Assembly (NCBI GenBank): GCA_964520195.1
Contig: CAZFNX010000001.1
Coordinates: 34,421 to 98,420 of the forward strand
Length of the DNA stretch: 64,000 nt
Origin: an uncultured Candidatus Saccharibacteria bacterium
GTDB lineage: Bacteria > Patescibacteriota > Minisyncoccia > Phycocordibacterales > CAIZLB01
Direction of reading: 5' to 3'
The position numbers were made by a program, and so were the translations under genes. Of the stretch, positions 29,561 to 39,797 are shown in pieces (within the stretch, counting starts at the first letter, position 1; each line of letters begins with the position of its first letter). Under the pieces are notes generated by a model. It did not search any database and was not told the origin of the DNA. It saw nothing but the letters and a program-made list of their open reading frames with translations.

Positions 29561-31123
29561 ATGCATAACGATAAACAAAAGATTATAAAAAATAAGACTC
29601 TTCCGAGGTCGATTAGATGTGTTGTGCGTATGTATCCCTCAAACCAAGTAAACAGATTGTATTATGGAGGGTTACCGCACCTTGGAAATGCTTTGTGGGG
29701 ATCTTGGAATTCTCTAGATATACAAAAGGCTTCAGAAGCATATGAAGACTATAGTCTTTCCACAAACCTTCTCATAAAAGGTTGTAAGGTGCCTACAGGG
29801 GATAAAGTTCGACTTGGAGGTGGAAGTCCTGCTCGATTTAAACCTTTCAACCAATCTCTCATTCAAATCCAGGAAACTTTGGACAATAGAATTCTTTCTG
29901 ATTATCCGCTAGCAGCAGGAGACAACACGGCAAAAGAATCTATTATCAAATATTTTAACGAGAGATATTCAAAAGAAATCCAGAAGAATAATATTATATT
30001 TGCTCACTCAAGTACGCAGGCATTTGCACTGGTTATGGAGGCAATACTCGATTATGGAGACGTGGTACTCATGACAGGTCCTAGTTATGGACTATTTGCA
30101 TTTATACCTGAAAGAGTTGGAGGAAAAGTTCGGTTACTTGAATTGACCTCTCAAGATGGCTGGAAGGTTAATCCTAAAAAACTAAAGAAGCTTATAGTAG
30201 AAATTAACGAAGAGCTAAAATCAGATTACGATAAAAATCGAGGTAAATATATTTTTAGACGTTCTGACACTTCTCCAAAAGTGGCAGCGTTTGTGAATAT
30301 AAATCCTCACAATCCAACAGGAATCGTATATGGAGAAAAAGATAAATCATTATTGATGGAAATATCAAGTATCTGTAAAGATGCTGGTGTATTTGTTATT
30401 GATGATCTTGCATATAGTGGACTGGAATATGATAGAAAAAATGTAGCTCTACCTATTTGTAGTTTGAAAGGACAGTTTGATAATACAATCACTTTGTACA
30501 CTCTTTCAAAAAGTTATGGGCTTGCTGGACTTCGGGCCGGAATGGTTATTTCTAATGAAATCGTTAGTTCACTAATCAGAGATAGAATTTTTCAGAGCTT
30601 TGACTCGTTATCTATTTTACAGTCGTCAGCAATAAGTGCTGCGTTTTTACCTGGAAAGAAAGCAGAGAGGGAAAGAGAAGAGTATTTTACATATACAACA
30701 AAAGAATATAACAATAGATATGTTTTTGTGAAATCTATAGTAGAGGGTGTGCAAAATCTTGATAAATCAGAGAAAACTCTATTGGATAAAATCATAAAAG
30801 AAAATAATCTAAAAATAGATTTTCATACGCATGTAAACGGAATTAAGGATATTAAAATCATTCTCAAGCCTGAATCAGGATTCTTCTTATTGCTGGATTT
30901 AACAGGACTTATTGGTAAAAGATATAAGAAATTTAAAATTATTGATGAAAGAACTCTACTTCAATTTCTATATACATCAGAAAACGTGAAGACGCTTACC
31001 GGTAAGGCTTTCTGCTGGTTGGACGAAAGCAAACTTGTGATTCGAGTAACTACAGCTTTTGATTACGAAGGTTTGTTGAAAAACTTCTTAAGATTTAAGT
31101 CATCTATCGAGTCACTCCAATGA
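29561..31123 (+). CDS. PLP-dependent fold-type I (class I/II aminotransferase-like) enzyme
   Basis: NPHNPTG, IDDLAY, TLSKSYGLAGLRAG. Confidence 0.9.
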   Translation: MHNDKQKIIKNKTLPRSIRCVVRMYPSNQVNRLYYGGLPHLGNALWGSWNSLDIQKASEAYEDYSLSTNLLIKGCKVPTGDKVRLGGGSPARFKPFNQSLIQIQETLDNRILSDYPLAAGDNTAKESIIKYFNERYSKEIQKNNIIFAHSSTQAFALVMEAILDYGDVVLMTGPSYGLFAFIPERVGGKVRLLELTSQDGWKVNPKKLKKLIVEINEELKSDYDKNRGKYIFRRSDTSPKVAAFVNINPHNPTGIVYGEKDKSLLMEISSICKDAGVFVIDDLAYSGLEYDRKNVALPICSLKGQFDNTITLYTLSKSYGLAGLRAGMVISNEIVSSLIRDRIFQSFDSLSILQSSAISAAFLPGKKAEREREEYFTYTTKEYNNRYVFVKSIVEGVQNLDKSEKTLLDKIIKENNLKIDFHTHVNGIKDIKIILKPESGFFLLLDLTGLIGKRYKKFKIIDERTLLQFLYTSENVKTLTGKAFCWLDESKLVIRVTTAFDYEGLLKNFLRFKSSIESLQ

Positions 31124-32007
31124 AAATATTTATAGCTTCATCTGAAAATCATGTCGGAAAAATCCAAGAAGATATTTACCTACGTGATATGTTTATATCT
31201 AAGGTGTGTGAATCTGAAATTCTTACTCTAAAAAATATTTTGAATATTGCACAGACAGGTGATACAGTGATACTAAAAAGCATTTGGGGATACCATTTAA
31301 ATCCCGAAGAATTTCTTTCCCAAGTATCTGCTCTTACGTCTAAAAATGTTAGGTTAATAAATAATCTCCAATTTATTTTATGGAATATAGATAAATATCA
31401 GTATCTTAATGATATTAAAACTCTTGGAGTAGTTCCAACTAAATTATTATTAATCAAAGATACAGATGTTGCTTCGAATTTAGTTTCTGAATTGGGTAAA
31501 GATTTAGATGAAAACCCATTAGTTATTAAGCCTAATATATCTGCGAGTGGTTATTTAACATATTTATATGATGTTGAAAAAGATAATACAGATATTATTG
31601 CTTCACTCTTAGAGTATAAGCATCTTGATTTTATAACTCAACCATTCAGAGATTCTATTACCGAAGGAGAAATATCTGTCATTATAATTAATGGTAAAGC
31701 TTTGTATGGAATAAAAAGGTTTCCAGGAGTTTTTGTTAATAAAAGAAATCCGGATTTTATACATATGAATAATATTCCTGATGTCATACATGATAAACTC
31801 AAGAGGATAGAAGAATATTTTATTCAAAAATTTAATAGACTGCCAGGTATTTGTAGGGTTGATTTTCTAAGGTTTCAGGATACGTATGAGATTTCTGAGA
31901 TTGAACTAATTGATCCTGACTTATTTTTTCGCCATATACCAGAAGAGGTTAGAAAAGAGGCGCTTCTCCAGTTTTATGCTATGATAGAAACTAATAACAA
32001 TAATTAA
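31120..32007 (+). CDS. ATP-grasp ligase (RimK/GshB-like)
   Basis: WNIDKYQYL, VIKPNISASG, QPF..I.EGEIS, RVDF..SEIELIDP; ATGA overlap with the upstream gene. Confidence 0.85.
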   Translation: MKIFIASSENHVGKIQEDIYLRDMFISKVCESEILTLKNILNIAQTGDTVILKSIWGYHLNPEEFLSQVSALTSKNVRLINNLQFILWNIDKYQYLNDIKTLGVVPTKLLLIKDTDVASNLVSELGKDLDENPLVIKPNISASGYLTYLYDVEKDNTDIIASLLEYKHLDFITQPFRDSITEGEISVIIINGKALYGIKRFPGVFVNKRNPDFIHMNNIPDVIHDKLKRIEEYFIQKFNRLPGICRVDFLRFQDTYEISEIELIDPDLFFRHIPEEVRKEALLQFYAMIETNNNN

Positions 32008-32024
32008 TATATTTACTACATTTT

Positions 32025-32474
32025 ATGTATAGAAAAGGCGTTTCAGCACTCATTATAAATCCAAAGGGTAAATTCCTTATTGTGAACCTAAACTCGTTTG
32101 AGGAACAATTTTATGCTATTCCAGGGGGTGGTGTAGAGGAAGGTGAAAGTCTTGAAGAAGCAGCTTACCGAGAAGTAAAGGAAGAGCTTGGTATTGATGC
32201 AAAATCTCTTGAATTAATCGGAAAAGGTGAGACTCCTCTCCAATTTACTTTTAAAACACCTAAAGTTAAAAACGGAGTTGAAATCATCGGATCAGAACGA
32301 CATTTTTTTGGATTTAAGTTCATAGGTGATGATAATGAAATTAAACTTCAAGAAGATGAAGTAAGAGCATACAAATGGGTTCCATTTGTAGAACTGGATA
32401 AATTCTTACTTTTCGATAATCAACTCGCAGAGACTTCAGAAAAATTGGTAGAGCTATTTCCTCAATTTAAATAA
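32025..32474 (+). CDS. NUDIX hydrolase
   Basis: PGGGVEEGESLEEAAYREVKEELG Nudix box. Confidence 0.93.
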   Translation: MYRKGVSALIINPKGKFLIVNLNSFEEQFYAIPGGGVEEGESLEEAAYREVKEELGIDAKSLELIGKGETPLQFTFKTPKVKNGVEIIGSERHFFGFKFIGDDNEIKLQEDEVRAYKWVPFVELDKFLLFDNQLAETSEKLVELFPQFK

Positions 32475-32477
32475 GAT

Positions 32478-33707
32478 ATGATAAAACCAACACTTCTTTT
32501 TGTGGAAGAGGTTGAAAACACACTCACAAATAAAGTCACTTCAAATGAAACTATTAATGTAGTTCTGCTTCGATTTAAGCAGAATATGTTTTTTACTGAT
32601 GGACATTTACACAAAACATCTCATTTGCCGTGTTTTATGCTGGATAAAGAACAGCCATTACATGAAGAAGTATTGAGGTTCGAAACTTTTTGCATTGAAC
32701 ATGATATATCAATTAATTATTTTTACAATGACTCTGAATATAATCAAGAATTCATCCAAAGATTTGCATCAGAACTTAAGATACCTGGTTCTTTAAATGA
32801 ATACCAAGCACGTTGTGTTAGAGACAAAGCGGTAATGAAGGATATGCTTCAAAAAATTGGGTATAAGACCATGCAGTACAATGAACTATCTTCTCTGGAG
32901 GATGTGATATCGTTCTCGGAGAAGTATGGGGGATTTCCAGTAATTGTAAAATGGAGAAAGGGACTTTCATCAAAAGAGGTATATAAAATAGAGGATATTA
33001 ATCAACTGAAAGAATTACATTTAGATTATTCTTCAGGACGTTTTATTGCTGAAACATTTAATCCGTATTTAATATGGTGCATAGATTCACTGATTCAGGA
33101 TGGAAAAGTGGTTGGAACTTTCTATACATGGTTACCATATACAAACTTAAGCTTTGCAGAAAAGAAAGAGAAATTTGCTCAGATAACTGTAAGTGAATCT
33201 CCTACAGAAATTAAATTTGATGGAAATAAAGTAATTCAAGATATCGTAGATGAACTTGAGTTGAAGAACGGATATATACACTTAGAGGCTTTTGTTGATC
33301 CAGATGGTCAACCGACGATTTGTGAATTTGCATGGAGAACTCCAGGTGAGCATATGTTGCTGAATCATAGTAAGGCTTTTAATATTGATGTATATAACTT
33401 ATTAACAGAGATAGTTGTTGAAAGAAAAATCCAACCATTAAGTCTTAAAGGTGAAAAATGTGTAGGAGATATGTTTCTTCCTCTGGTTGCAGGTGAGGTA
33501 ACTATGATAACTCCGTTTTCTGTACTGAAAGATTTTGAGGGAGTCATTGATGGTGATGTTTATTATAAAGTAGGGGATAAGGTTGAATCAAAGAGACAAT
33601 ATACAAATTGTTCTGGATGGCTGCAGATTGAGGGAGATACAAAAGAAGAAGTTTTAAATCGAATGCTAAAAGTGTATGAAAAGTTTGAAATTCAAACAGA
33701 AGAGTAG
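32478..33707 (+). CDS. ATP-grasp protein (amino-acid ligase-like)
   Basis: RDKAVMK, GFPVIVK, GYIHLEAF, CEFAWRTPG. Confidence 0.85.
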   Translation: MIKPTLLFVEEVENTLTNKVTSNETINVVLLRFKQNMFFTDGHLHKTSHLPCFMLDKEQPLHEEVLRFETFCIEHDISINYFYNDSEYNQEFIQRFASELKIPGSLNEYQARCVRDKAVMKDMLQKIGYKTMQYNELSSLEDVISFSEKYGGFPVIVKWRKGLSSKEVYKIEDINQLKELHLDYSSGRFIAETFNPYLIWCIDSLIQDGKVVGTFYTWLPYTNLSFAEKKEKFAQITVSESPTEIKFDGNKVIQDIVDELELKNGYIHLEAFVDPDGQPTICEFAWRTPGEHMLLNHSKAFNIDVYNLLTEIVVERKIQPLSLKGEKCVGDMFLPLVAGEVTMITPFSVLKDFEGVIDGDVYYKVGDKVESKRQYTNCSGWLQIEGDTKEEVLNRMLKVYEKFEIQTEE

Positions 33708-33762
33708 TAAACTTGATTAATTAATATAAGCGTGGTACTTTAAATACAAAGAACCTTAACTT

Positions 33763-34422
33763 ATGAAAGATTTTACTCACCCTGTTCCTGAGCAGTATCA
33801 CGAGATGCTGTTCATTGGATACAAGAACAGTAGAGGGCATTTGATTGACTTCAAAGTTCCACCAGTTGTTGTTGATTCGGTAAGGTCAATCGATGAGTGT
33901 AGAAGCATTGTCCTTGCTGAACATATCAATATCAAGAGTCTTCCTTTCGATTATCAACAATCTAAGTGTTTCTTGATTGTAAGACCTACCGCTCTTCCTT
34001 ACAGATTCTATGTTAGAGACTTACTACTTGAATTAGGATTGAAGCTTAGTGATGAATTTGGGCTAGATAACTTCATGTCATTGGCTGATGTGCTGTATCA
34101 AGTTGATCTTGAAAAAGCATACCACTGGAAATGGAGAATCATAGTCAATACGCTTCATGAATCTGGAGCTCAAGACCAAAATAGAGCGCATGTGTTTCTG
34201 TTCGAAAGTGGTGATCAAGCAATCTGCGACAAAGTGATGATGCTGAAGAAAAAGATTCGTGTCGACTTGGGTGAACTACCTGTTGTTGTAAAACATAACG
34301 GTAAAGCAGTGCTTGCTCTTGGACTACATCACCTTCACTCGCCAGACATGAAAGACATCGCTTTGGAATTTAATGCAATAATGCATGCAAAAAATAAAAC
34401 GTCAGTATTTTCTGAGGTCTAA
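33763..34422 (+). CDS. Hypothetical protein with possible NDK-like fold
   Basis: FLIVRP and HLHSPD loosely echo NDK IIKP and H-x-S-D motifs; has its own promoter and terminator. Confidence 0.5.
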   Translation: MKDFTHPVPEQYHEMLFIGYKNSRGHLIDFKVPPVVVDSVRSIDECRSIVLAEHINIKSLPFDYQQSKCFLIVRPTALPYRFYVRDLLLELGLKLSDEFGLDNFMSLADVLYQVDLEKAYHWKWRIIVNTLHESGAQDQNRAHVFLFESGDQAICDKVMMLKKKIRVDLGELPVVVKHNGKAVLALGLHHLHSPDMKDIALEFNAIMHAKNKTSVFSEV

Positions 34423-34651
34423 AAGCTTCGAATCTAACCTCCCCTAGTGTAAAAGCTAGTAAGGAGGATTTTCTTTATTGATTATCTTGTGTCTCATATG
34501 GACGTAAAAGTTATATAGAAATTGTGTAGTTGTGGGGTATGTGGAGTTTATTCAATTTATATATATTTCATGCTACAATAATCCCATGCTCAGTCAACAA
34601 GCCATCCAGACAATACTTGGAATCAAAGAGAAAATATAATCTTCAAAATAC

Positions 34652-35311
34652 ATGAAATCCCACAGCACGCTTACTCGGTACACATACAAGATAACTCGAT
34701 TTTTTCTAACACCATTCATTAGATTTATATGGATTAAATCAACCGTAGGAGTAGAACATATTAAAAAACATAAAAAAGCTGCAATCGTCGCGGCAAATCA
34801 TCAAAGTTTTTTTGATTTTTTATGTCTTGTTTCAGCAACAAATAAGAATATACATTTTCTTTCCGCTGAAAAATTTTTCAAACATAAAGTATGGAGAATA
34901 CTTATGATTATTACGGGTCAGATTAAAGTAGAGAGAAATTCTCATGATAAGTCTGATGTACATATGTCAGTAAAACAACATTTACAAAAAAATAATCTTG
35001 TAGGTATATTTCCTGAAGGAACTCGTTCTCCGTCGGCAACAGAGATGCTTAAGGCGTATACTGGTGTTGCTCGTTATGCGTTAGAACATAATGTTCCTGT
35101 TATACCAGTAGGTATAAAAGGGGCTCACGATATTCACAACAAAGAAAGTAAAAAACTTTCATTTAAGAAAAATGTTGAGATTGTCATAGGAGAACCTCTG
35201 GTTTTTACGTATGCTGAAGGGGACTATTTGAATAAAGATATTTTACAAGATGTAACAAATGTTGTTATGAAAGAAATAGCCAGATTGTCTGGAAAAAACT
35301 ATCCATATTAG
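34652..35311 (+). CDS. plsC: 1-acyl-glycerol-3-phosphate acyltransferase family
   Basis: NHQSFFD, FPEGTRS, VPVIPV. Confidence 0.88.
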   Translation: MKSHSTLTRYTYKITRFFLTPFIRFIWIKSTVGVEHIKKHKKAAIVAANHQSFFDFLCLVSATNKNIHFLSAEKFFKHKVWRILMIITGQIKVERNSHDKSDVHMSVKQHLQKNNLVGIFPEGTRSPSATEMLKAYTGVARYALEHNVPVIPVGIKGAHDIHNKESKKLSFKKNVEIVIGEPLVFTYAEGDYLNKDILQDVTNVVMKEIARLSGKNYPY

Positions 35312-35337
35312 AAAGATAATATGATACAATTGTAGAC

Positions 35338-36936
35338 ATGTCAGCCTTCAGTCTTTCAAGTCTTATACTTAGTCTCACGACTATTATTTTTAGTATCGTA
35401 GCGTACCAATCAGATAGAGAAAATAGGGTTAATAGATACTGGTTTTATTTTTCTATACCTTTTGCGGGGTGGAGTTTGGCACTGTATCTTTTGACAGATG
35501 CAAAAGATGCTGATCATGCATTGATATGGCAATATGCACTTGATGCTATTGCGGTGTGGATTCCTGCTACATATTTTGCATTTGTGTCTGCGCTTTTACG
35601 GTACAAGCAGACATATACAAAACATATTCTCTATGTGATTAGTTTTTTGTTATGTATATTTAGTTTCTCTGATTATTTTAAAGTAGGTGTTGTTAGAAAA
35701 TTTGATTTCTATTGGATAAATCCAGGAGCATGGTATGTGATATTCCCAATCTTCTTTGCTATTACGGTTATTATCAGTATTTTCCATATTTTGCACACGT
35801 TGAAGAAAATAGAAAAGGGAAGTACATATTCATCACAGCTTAAAAATACTCTTATTGTATGTATTATAGGGTTTACAGCTGGTGGAAGTAATTTTTTCCC
35901 GCAATTTTTCAACATCTATCCTTTTGGAAACTATATCGTAATCCTATATATCATAGTTATGGTGTATGGTGTGATTCGATATAAGGTATTAAGTCCAAAA
36001 GTGGTTTCTGCGCAGATATTTACATTAGCTTTGATGCTTTTGTCGTTTATAGAGATTATACTGGCTCCTGATGTTAAGCAGATACTATATAAGACAGTAA
36101 TGTTCATTCTTGTTTCTTTCTTTAGTTGGTTGTTTATTAAAAACCTAAAAGTAGAAATAAAAATTAAAAACGAACTAGCTACTATTAACGACACCCTCAT
36201 CAAAAAAAACATCGAACTGGACCGTATCTCAGCAGAAAAAACAGAATTCGTATCCCTTGCATCTCATCAGATTCGAGCGCCATTAACATCTATTCGTGGA
36301 TATATATCACTGCTTCGTGATGAAGATCTGGGTAAGCAAACAAAAGAAGCTAAAGAAGCTCTCGATATCATGGATACATCATGTACAACACTGTCATCAG
36401 TTGTTAATGATTATCTTGATGTATCACGTATCGAACAAGGTAAAATGCACTTTGATTTTATTGATATCGATGTTCGTGATTTGTTGCGTGAGTGTATGGC
36501 TGAGTTAAGTCCTTCACTCGCTAAAAAGAATCTAGAGTTTATCAATCATGTGCCAGATAGAGTCGATGTGTCTGATGTATCGTATAGTGTTCGTGCAGAC
36601 AAGGCGAAGTTGAAGCAAGTGATTATGAATATTATAGACAACTCTATAAAATATACTCCAAAAGGAAGTATTACTGTCACAACTTGTAAGAAAGATGAGC
36701 ATACTGTTCGTATTGAAATACAAGATACTGGGGTCGGTATTGCTCCTGAAGTTATGCCAAAACTTTTCGTAAAATTCTCACGTGCTCCTGATGCAAGTGA
36801 GGCAAACATACTTGGTACTGGTCTTGGGTTGTTTATTGCCAAATCATTCATTGAGGCTCATGAAGGAAAGATTTGGGCTGAGTCTGCTGGAACAGGAAAA
36901 GGAAGTTTGTTTGTAATTGAACTGAAAGGAGTATAG
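35338..36936 (+). CDS. Multi-TM sensor histidine kinase, no adjacent response regulator
   Basis: Hydrophobic N-terminal half; SHQIRAPL, NIIDNSIKY, DTGVGI, GTGLGL. Confidence 0.92.
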   Translation: MSAFSLSSLILSLTTIIFSIVAYQSDRENRVNRYWFYFSIPFAGWSLALYLLTDAKDADHALIWQYALDAIAVWIPATYFAFVSALLRYKQTYTKHILYVISFLLCIFSFSDYFKVGVVRKFDFYWINPGAWYVIFPIFFAITVIISIFHILHTLKKIEKGSTYSSQLKNTLIVCIIGFTAGGSNFFPQFFNIYPFGNYIVILYIIVMVYGVIRYKVLSPKVVSAQIFTLALMLLSFIEIILAPDVKQILYKTVMFILVSFFSWLFIKNLKVEIKIKNELATINDTLIKKNIELDRISAEKTEFVSLASHQIRAPLTSIRGYISLLRDEDLGKQTKEAKEALDIMDTSCTTLSSVVNDYLDVSRIEQGKMHFDFIDIDVRDLLRECMAELSPSLAKKNLEFINHVPDRVDVSDVSYSVRADKAKLKQVIMNIIDNSIKYTPKGSITVTTCKKDEHTVRIEIQDTGVGIAPEVMPKLFVKFSRAPDASEANILGTGLGLFIAKSFIEAHEGKIWAESAGTGKGSLFVIELKGV

Positions 36937-36987
36937 ATAGAATATATTTAAAAATTAATAGTAATTTAATGATACAATAGACACATC

Positions 36988-39321
36988 ATGAGACTTAAAT
37001 CCCTCCACATACATGGATTCAAATCATTTGCTAAAAAAGCTGATCTTGTGTTTAACACAGCTATCACTGGAGTTGTAGGTCCAAACGGTTCAGGAAAATC
37101 AAACGTGGTAGAAGCTTTTCGTTTTGTGCTTGGTGAACAGTCTCTTAAAAGTATGCGAGGAAAGAAGGGCGAAGATATGATTTTTAATGGTGGTAAAGAT
37201 TTGACTCGAGCGAACCGTGCGTCTGTACGAGTTGTTTTTGATAATGCATTGTTGGATGTTGAAGGTGAATATAAGCGATTGTTTGATAGCTATAGTTTTG
37301 ACGAGGTAGTTATAGAACGCGCAGTGAACCGAGACGGGTCAAATGAGTATTTGATCAATGGTTCTGCGTGTCGACTTAAAGATATACAAGAACTGCTCTC
37401 TGAGGCAAATATAGGAGGTTCTGGGCATCATATTATCTCTCAAGGTGAGGCAGATAGACTTCTTTCTTCATCAAACAAAGAAAGAAAGGAGATGATTGAA
37501 GATGCATTAGGTTTAAAAATCTATCAGTATAAAAAAGAAGAGAGTGAAAAGCGTTTGCTTAAAACAAAAGAGCACATGAAAGAGGTTGAGTCTCTTCGAC
37601 GGGAACTTGCACCACATCTTCGATTTTTAAAGAAACAGGTTGAAAAACTTGAAAAAGCCAAAGAAGTACGCCAACAATTAACTGATCTGTATAAAGAATA
37701 TTTCGCATATGAAAAGGTGATTCTTGATGGTGAGATTGCTCAGATTGAACAGCTTCGTGTTGAACCAAAAAAAGAGTTTAGCGAGCTTGAACAAAAACTT
37801 ATTTCTATAAAACAGACCCTTGCGGCAACGGATACAACATCAAGTTTAACAGATGAGTTGTTTGCGCGAGAGCAGGAACTTAAACATATTAGACAGACAA
37901 AAGATAACTATTCTCGCGAGATAGGAAGATATGAAGGAGAAGTTGCCTATATTAAACGAAGTATAGAAAAGAAAAAAGAAAAGAAAGAGGCTGCTCTACA
38001 AGTAACACATCATGAGGCTGATGTGCCTGTATCTCGAAAAGGTATTCTTGAACTTATTCAACGAATCAAGACAACATTACACGATATTACCCATGGAGTA
38101 TATGGAACTTCAGAAGAGATTCGTCAGGCATCTCTAGATCTTATACAACAATGTGAGACGTATACACAAAGTATTGCCGATGCAACTTCTCAACCCCTTG
38201 TTGAAGATATCTATGATACATCTGAAGAAGAAGCGGAACTGGTAAAGATTCGAGAGTCTATTGTTAATGCAGAAGCGTTAAGTAAAGAGGCAAAGGATGC
38301 CGAACTTGTTCTTTTGGAAAAATACGAGACTGTTAAAAAACAAATTGAAGACGAGAAACATAAAAATGTTGAGTCAGAAAAAGAACTTCTTAAGGTGATA
38401 TCACGACAACATGAAGTACGAGCCGAGCTTGATAAAATAGATGTTCGAGAAGAGATGTATAAGGCACGAAAATCCGGATATGAACAAGAAATGATGGAAG
38501 CCGGAGTTCTTGTTGGTGTGCATGCATTACGTTTTGATACTGTCAATGTCGAAGTCAATAGTGAGGGGGTGATTGATAAAGATATTCAAAAAAATAGATT
38601 GCACACACTAGAAAAATATAAGATTCGTCTTGAAGAGTTAGGTGGTGCTGGAGATGAAAGTGTTCATAGAGAATTTACAGAGACTGAGGAGCGAGATCTA
38701 TTCCTTGCAAAAGAACTAGAGGATTTGACAGCTTCATTGACAAATCTTGAGACATTGATTACAGACATTACTAAAACTGTTGCTGATATGTTTACAACAG
38801 GTATAGATAAGATTAATAGTCAATTTTCAGTATTTTTTAAGCAAATGTTTGGTGGCGGTGAGGCTCGATTGGTGGTCACACAAGAGAAAAAACGGAAGCG
38901 TAAGCTTACTGATATAGAGGATGATGAAGATATGGAAGAAGAGACAAGTGAGGATGGTGAGGTTGAGATAGGTATTGATGTTTTTGTATCATTGCCACAT
39001 AAAAAACTTAAGGGTCTCTCAATGCTCTCAGGAGGAGAACGAGCGCTCACATCTATTGCACTTTTGTTTGCAATGAGTCAGGTAAATCCACCACCATTTA
39101 TCATACTTGATGAAACAGATGCTGCTCTTGATGAAGCAAACTCACGACGATATGGAGATATGATTGAGCTCTTGAGTAAGCATTCGGAACTGATTCTTGT
39201 GACGCATAACAGAGAGACTATGTCGAGAGCTGGAGTCTTATATGGAGTAACTATGGGTAATACTGGATATTCACAACTTCTGTCTATTGGATTTGAAGAG
39301 GCGAGTGTCAATGCTAAATAA
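36988..39321 (+). CDS. smc: SMC family ATPase, short form
   Basis: GFKSF, GPNGSGKSN, LSGGER, LDETDAALD; 777 aa. Confidence 0.9.
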   Translation: MRLKSLHIHGFKSFAKKADLVFNTAITGVVGPNGSGKSNVVEAFRFVLGEQSLKSMRGKKGEDMIFNGGKDLTRANRASVRVVFDNALLDVEGEYKRLFDSYSFDEVVIERAVNRDGSNEYLINGSACRLKDIQELLSEANIGGSGHHIISQGEADRLLSSSNKERKEMIEDALGLKIYQYKKEESEKRLLKTKEHMKEVESLRRELAPHLRFLKKQVEKLEKAKEVRQQLTDLYKEYFAYEKVILDGEIAQIEQLRVEPKKEFSELEQKLISIKQTLAATDTTSSLTDELFAREQELKHIRQTKDNYSREIGRYEGEVAYIKRSIEKKKEKKEAALQVTHHEADVPVSRKGILELIQRIKTTLHDITHGVYGTSEEIRQASLDLIQQCETYTQSIADATSQPLVEDIYDTSEEEAELVKIRESIVNAEALSKEAKDAELVLLEKYETVKKQIEDEKHKNVESEKELLKVISRQHEVRAELDKIDVREEMYKARKSGYEQEMMEAGVLVGVHALRFDTVNVEVNSEGVIDKDIQKNRLHTLEKYKIRLEELGGAGDESVHREFTETEERDLFLAKELEDLTASLTNLETLITDITKTVADMFTTGIDKINSQFSVFFKQMFGGGEARLVVTQEKKRKRKLTDIEDDEDMEEETSEDGEVEIGIDVFVSLPHKKLKGLSMLSGGERALTSIALLFAMSQVNPPPFIILDETDAALDEANSRRYGDMIELLSKHSELILVTHNRETMSRAGVLYGVTMGNTGYSQLLSIGFEEASVNAK

Positions 39322-39329
39322 AAATCCTT

Positions 39330-39377
39330 AAAACAAAAAATGCAACCGTCCATCACGAATGTTGCATTTTTTGTTTT
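39330..39377 (+). repeat. Capped hairpin/terminator, core CGTCCATCACGAAT (39347-39360)
   Basis: 17-bp stem aaaacaaaaaatgcaac/gttgcattttttgtttt. Confidence 0.9.
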
Positions 39378-39398
39378 TACGGATTCGAACACTAGTGC

Positions 39399-39746
39399 TT
39401 ATGCCTTCATGAGTGTAAAACTTTCTTTAGTTTCAGACATAAGGATGATAACAATGTCTCCCTCTAGTCTAAATAGTTTTCCTGCTGGTATGGTTATAAC
39501 TGTTTGAGTGTGTACAGATGTTGATTCAGGTGTATCTGAATTTTTATCTTTCATCTGTACTGTTGCAGTACCTTCAATTCCGAGAATATACAGTGTTGTT
39601 GATTGGCAGTATACAAAACCTTCTTTAGGTAATGAGTGTTTGATCTTCATAACGCCAGAAGCAGGGAATGAAGAATTGTCTTGAGATTCTTCAAGAATCT
39701 CTCTGGCTGTTTTAAAGGGTAATGTTGCAATATCCTGTGTTTTCAT
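39399..39746 (-). CDS. Small hypothetical protein, cupin-like
   Basis: LYILGIEGTATV..VITIPAGKLFRLEG; start refined to the ATG after TATACT. Confidence 0.6.
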   Translation of the reverse strand: MKTQDIATLPFKTAREILEESQDNSSFPASGVMKIKHSLPKEGFVYCQSTTLYILGIEGTATVQMKDKNSDTPESTSVHTQTVITIPAGKLFRLEGDIVIILMSETKESFTLMKA

Positions 39747-39797
39747 AATGGTTTGTAGTATACCATGGTATGTAAATACTGTCAAATATACTTAAAA

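Noticed and set aside
35338-36936. Orphan histidine kinase as a novel system
   Set aside because: Stand-alone multi-TM kinases are common and the partner may lie outside the window
39330-39377. AAC..GTT in capped hairpins as integron attC sites
   Set aside because: AAC/GTT lie at the inner end of the stem, occur in only some copies, and no L boxes or integrase are seen
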